Assembly (NCBI GenBank): GCA_903813345.2
Contig: CAIIXF020000001.1
Coordinates: 10,788,001 to 10,852,000 of the forward strand
Source of the DNA: Owenia fusiformis
Taxonomy: Eukaryota
DNA: 64,000 bases
Reading direction: 5' to 3'
In this document: piece by piece, positions 52,645 to 64,000 of the stretch
Layout of the letters: every line of letters begins with the position of its first letter
Numbering within the stretch: the stretch's first letter is position 1
Notes under the pieces: generated by a model
The model's input: only the letters and a program-made list of their open reading frames with translations
Told to the model about the DNA's origin: nothing
The model's database searches: none
Program-made: the position numbers and the translations under genes

Positions 52645-53330
52645 AAAGGAAAGTTCATGATAACACTTACATAAAATAATTTAAGTATCTAATAATGATA
52701 ATGAACATATTACAATGTTACACAATGTTAGTAAATGATAATTAAATGTCAATTATTGTTAGTGTAATATGTATTTTTTGCTTAATGCTGCAACAATTAC
52801 ACAAGTTCCAAAAAGTGCCACGCCCACTTTTCCCTAAAAGTAGTTGTGTGTGACTATATGATGGATATTATTGATTTATTGGAGCATTATATCAACTTTT
52901 TAGTGCTTTAGTGTGAATATATACATATTTATACAACTTTTGACAAAGTTGCAGCCACAAAATCCAAACAAATTTGCAAATATTTCACTTTGAGGGCTAA
53001 GGGACATATTTTGGAGGAGGTCAAATTGAGAAGATTTTGAGATATAAATACTGTTTCCATGGTAACCATATAAGTTAGAGATTGGACATTTCTGGCACTG
53101 ACTAACCATGGTATGCTCTGCCTACTATAAAACTATGAATATATGACATGCATTAGTATTCTTTTTATCAGGTGGTATTAAAGTACCCCCAAGGTTTTCT
53201 TAGGGTGGGGGTATGAATTGGCCTGAGGGCCGTCTGCCACCCCTACATGAAGTCCAACTACCCAGAAAGTGCCTAGCATAACCATACAGACTGTTTGAAA
53301 TATGTTGGAATGTGTGACCTTCCATGAAAA
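52645..53330 (-). repeat. Right arm of a ~690-bp inverted repeat pair
   Basis: Reverse complement of about 48967-49652 with scattered substitutions. Confidence 0.92.
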
Positions 53331-56300
53331 ATGGAAGTTGCAATTATCAGAGTAGTCCACAGTCTAGGATGCAGAACGTCAATTTGAATGAGACACAGTA
53401 ATGCATTATTTCATGGTTGAATCTTATGTCATTCTATGCAACCAATTTCCATTCCCCGAAAGACATAATAATTGACACCGGGAAAGTTATATTTTTTCCC
53501 CAAAAAGTTGTCAGGGGTATGCAAAAGTTGCGATGGGAGGTTATTATACACACAGCCATGTAATTAACTGGTCTCAGATAATAAGAATGAGTATAGTGTG
53601 ATATTTTGTGAGACAAATAATTAAACTTTAAAGTTATGAATTCAATCTTTCATTTAGTCATGTATACTCCCACTCCCCCCTCCCCCATCCCAACATACAC
53701 CTGCACGGGATGCTCAGTCACATTTGCGCTACAAGCGAACAGGAGCCTTCTGAAATATATATGAGTAAACATGTTCCAGGACATGTATGACTTCAAAGTA
53801 AAAATATTATCATTGACTCGTGAACGTCTAATTGCAATTAGGTGTAGGAGTACTATTATTAAAACATGTTTCCTGAAAATACTTTTCTTCTTTTAATTAA
53901 AGAATGCGACGCAGTAAGATTCAAGGAAACATTAATAAAATACAAAGAGAATATTTATTTGATATGTAACTTCCTTTAGCTTGAAGTATTCTTTCATTCA
54001 TTGACGAGAAGGTTGCGATGTGTATTTTTGTTGACAGACATTATCAAGTATAATTATTCTTGGTAGACACAGCTATTTATTGTTTTGCTATGTTATGAAA
54101 GTGTTACTATACATTATGATCCTACCAGTTATTGAGATATTCACTCTGAATATATAGATCATATAAGGTGCTTTACCTGGTCAGAAACTAACTGATTGCA
54201 ACATATCTGTTACAAGCTTTGCTACTTAAATATGTCAGGTAACCCTGCTATCATAGTGCTTAATATATGGAGATTATTGTTGGGGGTCCAGGGACATACT
54301 CCCCGGAGAACTTTTCTAGTAATTAGGTCAGATGGAAGCACCAGGTAGATTTCTGAGGCAATAATACTGTCATCTCAAGGATGCATCACCCCTGGATACA
54401 GGACCTTGGCAATAATAAGTATTTCCATGGCAACTAGACTACCAACATACTTGATGAAGCAAGTTGTGTAAAGAGGAGACTTATGAGTAGAGAAGTCATT
54501 TTTGTTTCTTACCCCTATGTCAAATAGCAACTGTTCGACATACTATTACAGCAACACACAGAGACATTTTACGGCTGGATGAATCAACCGTCCAAGAGAT
54601 TGCCACAATCAAAGGATCACGCTATCGTCAGCTAGTAGTATTACATCACTGATCATTCATTCAAACCTAAGGCTTCTGCTATGTTCAATAACAAAGCTAA
54701 GCCAACAATATCATTGGTTTATTCCAGAATTTTAACATCTCGCAGTCAAAGGGAAAAGAAATACTTGCATGTTTCAAACTTAACTCAGTTGATCTGAGCT
54801 CAAGTGCTTAAGCGATGTCAGAGGGCTCATGTAGGGGAAAGTGTAAGGTCTTTGGTCAATGGGAATAGCTTAACAAAAATATTGAGTTAGTTGAAAGTAC
54901 TCATTAAGTCAAAATTGATTTACCATGTATCAAATGTATAAGATGTACCCGGTATAGTTCTGCTAAAAATAACAGAAAATTTGCTGACATATTAGTCATA
55001 CATACATTTACTGCATTTCAGTAAATAAACATAATCTACCATAATAAAAATACAAACTTTGAAGAAATAAAAAAGAATATATTTGACAGACAGTATTGAT
55101 CGATTTGGTCATATACCTTTTTCCAGGAAATAATTTCATATTGTTACCAGTGACAGTTATATCCTGTGTAATATCAAACTGACGATATATCAGTCAAACT
55201 AACCTCTACCCTAAAACCAAAAGTAAAATTCTAGCTGATAACATGAAGCGTTCTTTTCACAATTTTAAGTCAATCCCTTTTAAAGGCCAATAAGGACTGC
55301 AAGTACAGTAAAACCTGTATATCCAAACACCTCCCTTATCTGAACACCCCTCAATATGAACACTTTTTTCCATTTTATGTCTCCAACTTTTTTTGTGGAT
55401 GGTATTTGCCAGTCAGCATGTGTAACAAATGGCAGGTGGTGACATTTTGCATGTTAGTGCCTTGTTAGACCTGCTGTGGTCTTCCAAGTCAAAAATCTCC
55501 AAACATAAATACCTACTATTAATCCGAACACTTATACAAAATATATGTTCCAGGGTGCATACAGGAGTTTTGGGTAAAATGCCCGGATAATCTGGCTTAA
55601 ATAGATATGTAACAGGGAGACCTAGATTGGAGCTAAACTGACAGACTAGGCTACAATTAACCCACACATAATGGGGGCTAAATAGACAAGCTACAAACCT
55701 AGATTGGTTGCTACACCCATTATATTAAGTGAAGCCCACATTTAGCCTAAGGATGGTATAATATTTATTATAAATAAGAATCAAGACATCAAGAACCACA
55801 AAGCTGCTAATACTCATCTATACTCCTACTTATATATTAACTTCAATTGTCTCAGTTGCATAAGAATGTCATTTTCTAAAAAGTAAAACCCCTTGAGACA
55901 AAAACTGTGATTTAGAAAGCTGAAAAATATGAAGGCCATAAAATTAAACATAGCACCAATGCCATTTGTTAGAGATGCCGGATGGCAAACACCAAAAACC
56001 AAATACCATTCACAAAAAAGTTCGAGACTATAACAATATGCCTCCACTTGTGGTGCTGACATAACAAAGGGCAATATTGAAAGATACAAACACATCGAAA
56101 TCTTGTTAAGCCAAATTAACAAAAAAATTAATAATCAGCATCATCCACTCCATACCGTACCATTCAAACGTCTAAAATACAAAAACCTAACAGTCCAATA
56201 AAGAAATGATAAAGAAGGCAAGTGATCAATTTTCCACTGTGGTACAAGTGTGCAAATGAATACACGAGACTCATTATAGATTCTATTCGGTAAAAACAAG

Positions 56301-59300
56301 CCAATATAAGTGAAGATCCATATTAGATTGAAGAACTGGCAAACATTTGATTTGTGTCTATTTGTCAGAATGTACCTCTGAGACTTTATATTGATTGGAG
56401 TTGTGGGAAGACAACTCATGCTTCAAACGCCTCCTCTGTCTTGCCTATTCCATGGCTTATTTTGGCCTAGTCTCCAAAAATATCTAATTTCCATCGGCTT
56501 CTCTTTAATTTAGATCGTTAACTACATGCCTAGTTGGTTTTTACTAACTTATTCTGCATACTTCTATACTTATTTTGAGTTTTAAATCATGACTTACATT
56601 ACATTGTTACGCTGGTATTCCCTCCTACGCAGGTCAGTTTGTACAGAGCACCCTTACAAACATTTCAATGAATCTGTGTACAATTTGTTTAAAAAAAAAA
56701 AAATCATTCTTGTGTTAAGTACGAAAATATGAAGTGCATTGACTTATATTGTAGTATTTTGTTTATTAACAATAGTTTGAACGAGGGAAACAGCAACTCC
56801 TCAGAGTAGCATATCCCACCGAACAAAGCATGTATTTTATCAGATTACTCATCATTTAAAGTAATTTCACTCATATAGATTAGAAATAAAAACTGAGAAC
56901 TAGCCACTTTGAATTCAGAGGCCATTTTGAAAATTCTTTCTTGAGTGCTGTCACATAACATTTGAACCAAACTAGCATTTGGTTTATCGAAGATTAAGTT
57001 TTTACAAAAAAATGGCGGTCTGAATTGAGCAGCCATACCGGAAATTCATTCCTGTGCAGAGGTTCCTTACCCAGAAGGCATCAGCTTATTAAATTTAAAC
57101 CAAATCTATTAACCGGTATTTGAGTTATCCTCTGAACAGATGAATGGATAGAGGAACAGACAGATGGCTTCTCTATATCCCTACATGAACTTTCTACAGC
57201 GGGATAATTAGTAAATAGCTTGATATCTTGTCATTAGATTCCCTTGAACAAGACAATAAAAGTGTTGCATGCTCTAGAATGCAAGAAAATATGACAATAA
57301 AGGAATTTAACAAACAAGGACAAAGATATGACAAATAAATATGACAATAGTACAAAATATGACAATAAGATAGATCATGACTTGCTTTCATCAATAAATC
57401 CATTGAGATTTAATTAGACATTCTAATGCTAATTTTCAGATAATCTGTTGACAGAATAAAAGGAAGAGTATGTCAGCTTGGAAAGGCTAATCTATTTTGG
57501 TTAGATAAGTGCTAAATAAATGTACTTTAGTTAGGAGGCGTAAAATAGACCGATGTTTTGATAACAAGCTATAAATGCAAGGTTGCCTAAAACTGACAAA
57601 AATGTGTACTTCAGTCTTTGTAGTTAACACATTTTACTTAGGTACATTTGTACCTCTATTTCAATAACATTTCGTATGTTTATTCAATTCTAACAAATTA
57701 TGTTAAGACAAATTTTGCTGAAAAATCATAGATGTTTTTCGCAATTTCCACCCACCCTCCTCTTAGTACTCTGATATAGCTCAAATATTCCTATTTCATT
57801 CTGGATTTAGCCACACCACAACAATTCTGTGAAATATTAATAACATTTTTATGATATTCAACTTACTTATTTAGCACAGGGATAACTTGCATCATTCATG
57901 TGTGTGGAAAACCTCCACTAATCTCAAATATTTTGAAGACCTATCATAATATAATGATCCAAAAAATATTTTTAAAATTCTAGTTTCTAATTTCAGAAGT
58001 TTGCAACTGAGCCATGAAGATCAATGCCAAGATTTGTAATTCTGGCTCATTGCCACAATGCAAAGTTCCGTAAATCGACATGGTCTTCCTGGAAATAGGT
58101 ACAATTACCTAGTTAATGCAGATTATCTATAGCTTTCAGAAAAGTTGTTAATTCTACGAGGAATTCCAGAAAAATGTAAAATTCAATATTCTACAATTCT
58201 ATTTAAAATTCCGTCTGCTGTCTGTTATAATAGAAAACTGGTAGCGTAAGAGTGAACTTATTATTTATGTTATTTTTAGGTAGGTTCCAGAACTAATAAA
58301 ATAACTGCACAATATTGTATGTAATCTAAACGGTTGATAGACAATCCCCTCTCCCCTTTAACATACACATGCAAGCATGTGTATTTAGGGAAATTGAGTT
58401 TTGGTGTTTGCTAAAAATTTTGAGTGTATGTAAATAAACATAAAGATAACAGGTATGTATTTTAGATAGGACTGGGAAGCTTGAGAAGGGCAATCTAGAT
58501 AGTGAAATGGCTATCCTAACCTTGATCTTTGTGTTATTAAAGGAGTAGTATATCCAACATTCTCCTGTATCTTTAATGTTGAACTTAGCTGCTAAAGTGG
58601 CCATTTTGAAAGAAAGTAGTTCAACTTCAACATGACAATATTCATTTGGTCATTTAAGTAATTAGAGACCAAAACATTACATCTAAAGTAATCAACAAAA
58701 AATAAATAATCTAAAAAATTAAAGATATACAAGGATAGAACATATTTGAGCATAGTTTTCCTTTAATACTGTTTTTAAACATTTGACGCATCATAAATGA
58801 GGCTGCAAAATGTATTTTGTAAATCATTGTTATTACTAACAATAAAAGTGGGGCATCCATTAAGATTTTCAGTTTTTGTTTTGTTTTACACAGTACTTAC
58901 ATTTTAAATTGTTCAAATCACAGATTTAATACTTTTATCAGAATCATCCACAAACACAAATATTCATCTTAGAGATGAATAGAAGATAAAGTTTAAACTA
59001 TTCTGCAAGAGACGTGAATAAATGCCAGAAAAATGAGGAATGCTGTTTGTTATGAACATTCTGAACAAATCACAGTGATCTCTTACTCAATTCCTACCAA
59101 GTGTGTTGAGTTTATTGAGCCATCCTTTAAGTTCAGAAATATGAAGGAAAAACAAAAATTATAAAGTTAATGTTAATGAATCAGATGATTGATTTAGATG
59201 CAGTTTTACTATTTATTCTATCTGGTTAACAATATTACTTGTTAAAGTTGGTCAGAACATCAACATAGGTCTAAAAATAATTTTTGTTTTGTAGGTAAAC

Positions 59301-62300
59301 AAAGGGGTAAAAGTTTATTTAATGGTGATTTTTGGAGATCATTTCTATTTATCAAAAGCAGGGTGGAACTCCTAAATTTCATATATATTTTTCTATGAAA
59401 AAAAACAATAAAAAATTACAAACGTTTAATTCATTTAATGGAATTGATAGCTTATAATTCAAATTGTCATAACTTTAAAAGTAGTGCATTATAAATCTCT
59501 CAAATTAGAAGATAAGAGAGATATAGCCTCCTGTGATTGATTTATCACAAACATAAGAGCGAATGTCAATAAGTAGGAGCAGGTAAAAAATCCAGGCATT
59601 CAATTTATAAATATAGCCATTATTACTCAATCATGATAAATCACATTTAATTATTGTTTGCACAAATTATGAAAAATGTACAAGTGAATGTTTCATAGAA
59701 TAGCTGGTGTGTCAGATAAATTGAGATTTATACTATTATCACGATAAATTAGAAAAGTGGAAACTGATTAATGCATTATTGGTCTATAATGAAACAAGGT
59801 ATCATCATGCAAAATGTCACAACCTGCCATTTGTTACAGACCCTGACTGCTGACACCAAATGCCAAATACCAACCACCGAACACAATCCACAAAAGAGTT
59901 GGAGACTTAAACATCTTCAGGTGATGATATAAAAAAGCACCATTAGAAGTTTTCTGTTTAGACTGTGTCGCATCAATTAAATATTTTCAAAGTATTCCCT
60001 CTTCAAAACTCCTTAATATATTCTAATCATTTAACAGTGACATAAGGCTATCTTCATCTATTTGCAGTCTCACCTATTCAAGTCTACTCACCTTTGTAAG
60101 CAAGAAACAATATCAACACTTATCAGTATTAGACTATTTAAAATCAACAATCTCTGAATATTCCTGCAAATCATATTTTTATAAATTGTCGTTCCTACCT
60201 GTAAATACTTAGTGTTAATCCACAGATGTTACCTTCTACCTAGCCTATGTATTGGTAGCTAGTCAAGAATTTGCCAAGATATAGTATAATGTTCATGTAT
60301 ATGATTCCCTGTATCTACATCTCTGCAGTTACTGCTGGGTCTGCAGTCTGTGTTATACCTTCTATATTACATACAGCTTATGTAAGGGCCTCCAAATTCA
60401 GGTAGGAGCAGATTTATCACTAAATGATGATGTACAGCCATAGATATATGTAGAAATACAAGATGCTTGGCATGTTGTTAGTACCTGATAACCAACTGGC
60501 TGTAAACTACATGTATCTCGAATTCAAGGGTACCCAATATAAACACCATTAGGCCAACATGAGAAATTTTTCAAAGTTACAAAACGAGAATCTGGAATTT
60601 CTAAACATAAACATCAATAAAATGGCCTATTCAGTGTAATCAGATGATCTAAATTTATGCTAATTCCTCCATTCGTATTCACAAGTTACCACAATGTACT
60701 TTGATAAACTACTCTGGAATCATCATTTTTAAAAATAAGTAGCAAAAATGAACCAAATTACCAAAGTACATCTAACAAGGCATTAACATGCAAAATGTAA
60801 CCACCTGCTATTTGTTACAGATGCCGAACACCAACCACTAAACGCTGAACACCAACCACCAAACACCATCCACAAAAAAAGTTGGAGACTATAACAACTC
60901 CCTGAAGTAGGGAATCCCACCATACAAAACATATTTTATCAATTTAAATCACTGTGATCATTTTGAACATTTCATGAAAGAAATAACAGGGCTGTAGTAT
61001 TGTCTCCATATGCATAACAGACAATAAGCATTAGGTTCAATTGTATATCAGAGTTCTCACCAGGAAATATTTAGGGTGTGGTGGAAACATCTTCAGCATA
61101 TCCATTTAGTCATGATAAATCGTATTTATGTTATTGTTTATCGGTTTTACATCAAGTTTAGGCTCTTGTTTCAAGAGCATTTCCTGACATAATGTGTATA
61201 TCACGCTTTATCTATTACACCCACTACCTATTACATGATGATATTAGAAAATCAACTCAGCCTATACAAATCCATTTGTCTTAATAAACAGCATCAGAAG
61301 GAGGTATAATGTGACACAAGGCAACAACACAGGGAAAAATAACAAAAATAACAAAAAAGAACTGTACATTCACAAAAGAACCAGATCAAAGGTGAACATT
61401 TATATAAATCCGATTTTCAAAATAAAAATCGTTTCTATTCATTCACTTCATACTGACATTAAAAATGGAGATTATTAAATATTAACACTGAATATTGATT
61501 TTGACAATATCTTATTCATTTTTATTAATTTCTTGAACTTTTCCGCACCAAGATACATCATCTTTTTGCATTTAGTGTTATTGTATATAGTTTCTGTATC
61601 TTTTTGCATTCACTGTAATACAGTTTCAGTTTTACTTGAGTATCTTGCTTCGTCCAATATTCATGATCGAAAGATATTAGAAATAAAGTAAATGCATGAT
61701 CCATTAGAAATTGTATACATTTTGGCCCACCTTGTATAGAATTACAAGATATATCAGACCAATTCATCTAAAATTAGATATTGACAATATAATTTGATAT
61801 AAAGTACTAATTGATACAGCAACATGTTTTATACTCTTCCCACTCATCATTGATGAAGAAATAATCCTACAGTTTGCACCACTTTATGTCACGAATCTCT
61901 TTAATGCTTTCTATTTTATATGAGGACGTAGACCATGTTTGGGTAAAGTACTACAGAATAAGTTAATTTTAGTCTGATTTACAACAACAATTGTGTAAAA
62001 GAAAAAGCACAAAATCACAACATCTTCAAGGCTGTTCTGTTTGAAAAGATCTACATGTAGCTTTTGTGAGCTATAAATCATGGAATTTCAAAATCCACTC
62101 TATCCAAACCATACCCATGGATTCATATGCAATGATAATATATGTACATTATTTTCAAAAATGAGTTTAATTTCTCAGAAAACTGCCTTATTAGGAAAAA
62201 GTTTTCTATAAAGGGGCCCAAAATTGCTCACAACACAATTCCTGACGTAATTGTTTATAAAAAACAGTGCCCCACAAGCTCCTCATTCAATTTCAAGGAC

Positions 62301-62699
62301 TGACCCCGACTTTTATAATATTTATAGTCTTGTATAATTAGATAAGGGCTTTATTAAATTACTCATTAACTTTATCTGATCAAATTGATAGATAACCTTT
62401 ACCCTGGGTGTCAGTGCCTATTAATTAGGGAGATGAAGCTCTCTTTTAAATAAGCAAAATCAACTATTGGAAAGAACTTTGTAACAAAGTGCAGTAGTAT
62501 ACTTAATACCATGTACAGTGTATATAGAAGTGTGAGCCAGCTAAGAGTATGACAAGGCATTTTGCAAAATGTCACCATCTGCCTGTCATAAACACTGACT
62601 GCCAAAGTGCCGAACTCAAAATACCAACCACCAAATGCCAAACACTGACTACAAAAAGTTGGAAACTATACAATTTGACCATAAAAACTGTTTTTGTTC

Positions 62700-62812
62700 C
62701 ATTGTCTACTGCATGTACTGAAATACTCTACTGCATGTGCTGCAACACTCTATTGCATGTACTGAAACACTCTATTGCATGTGCTGAAACACTCTTTTGC
62801 ATATACTGAAAT
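62700..62812. repeat. 22-bp minisatellite (tgcatgtactgaaacactctat), about 5 copies
   Basis: Directly visible. Confidence 0.85.
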
Positions 62813-64000
62813 AAAAGTGGCCAGAATATATATATAGTTTTATTGATAAGAAGCTTGTCACGAATTGTCACTATTTTTGAAAAGTTGTTTTACATTAATT
62901 TTTGCATCAGATGTCTGTAACCCCCTCCATATACTTCTGCTGTGAAGTTGAGGTAAATGGGGAGAGGTTACAAATAGGGTTACAAAAACTTCAAGTAAGA
63001 TTATTCTGTATTCTTGATTCTCCTTTCAACATGCCCTGATATGGAAAGTCAGCAGAACATCAGGAATAGCACCAAGAAGTGTTTAAAAGGCCAGGTGTTC
63101 ATTGTAGAGGTGTTGACACTCAAGGGTAACTTTGAGCAAAATGAAGCAATATGGTAAAACCTGTCAAAATCGAATGCCTCTGGGACCAGCCAAATGTGTT
63201 TGGATTAACAAGTATTAACATTTCAAGGTTTGGTTTTTTCAACTTGTGAAAGACAACAAATTTGGGACCAAGAAAAAGTGTACACATACACATGTTTTAC
63301 TGTATATCAAACATACTTCGTGGACAAATCAGGAAGGTTAAAATCAAACTTTTATTGACTTATACCACAAGTGTGATGGTTAACGCCCTTGATTAATGCA
63401 CCATCAAAATATCCCTAGATATGAACCAACAATAGTACATGCTATACTCGCATACTTCAAGATCATGACCTCAAGCATAACATCACAAAAATAACAATAA
63501 AATATTATTGATAAATGCTACCTGATTTTCTTTAAAATTCTGAAATAATTTGAGATGATGTTTCAAAGAATATTTAGAGTGTTTTAGAGTGTTTAATTTA
63601 GATGATTGAAATATCCGGCTGATTGTCAATAATGTAAGGACACATTCATTACACATTAGAGTGCCCTCTTATAATTCAATGAACTTCTTTTCACAAAAGT
63701 AACCTAAGCTTTACATATCCTCCTATAAAATATTTACATACATAAAAAGCATTGAATGCATTAGTAAATCAAGACTCAATATCAGTCTCAGATAACAATT
63801 TCCAGGATCCATTCAACACGGATTCAGGGAATATGTAATATAAGAATCCCCTTTAGTACAATGACCCTGCCCACATCAGACATTTTGGAGTAAAAAGACA
63901 TTAAGAGATTAATCTTTATTTCACCCTGGATTACTATTAGCGAGCAGGCATACTTCTCTCTATCAAGATTCTTTCAAAGTACAGTTAAACCTGTTAAGTA

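Noticed and set aside
48972-53360. Paired similar peptides on opposite strands, resembling duplicated small genes
   Set aside because: Explained by the inverted repeat arms; starts and stops are not conserved between the copies.
40000-64000. Remaining 60-100 aa ORFs in the distal half
   Set aside because: AT-rich, biased to I/L/F/Y/K/N, without domain motifs or a consistent exon chain; treated as non-coding.

Overview
AT-rich, intron-containing animal genomic DNA, probably an invertebrate (inference). All gene models were read by hand from GT-AG sites and reading phase. (1) A terminal exon (959-1728, +) of an acyl-ACP-thioesterase-like hotdog-fold protein. (2) An R3H + SUZ RNA-binding protein gene of the R3HDM1/R3HDM2/ARPP21/encore family on the minus strand, with 18 coding exons (32269 to 7778, about 1153 aa). 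(3) A complete 5-exon, 732-aa type-B carboxylesterase gene nested antisense in one intron of gene 2 (9196-12696, +). It keeps the Ser-Glu-His triad and has a signal peptide, Thr/Pro stalk, transmembrane helix and short cytoplasmic tail. Region 32.3-64 kb has no convincing CDS and is probably 5' intron or upstream DNA. The non-coding DNA holds many non-autonomous DNA transposons (piggyBac-, hAT- and Tc1/pogo-like MITEs, several Helentron/HINE-like families), minisatellites, hairpins and a ~690-bp inverted repeat pair. The most unusual items are the nested membrane-anchored esterase and a 107-bp tandem array that amplifies a splice acceptor plus exon start.
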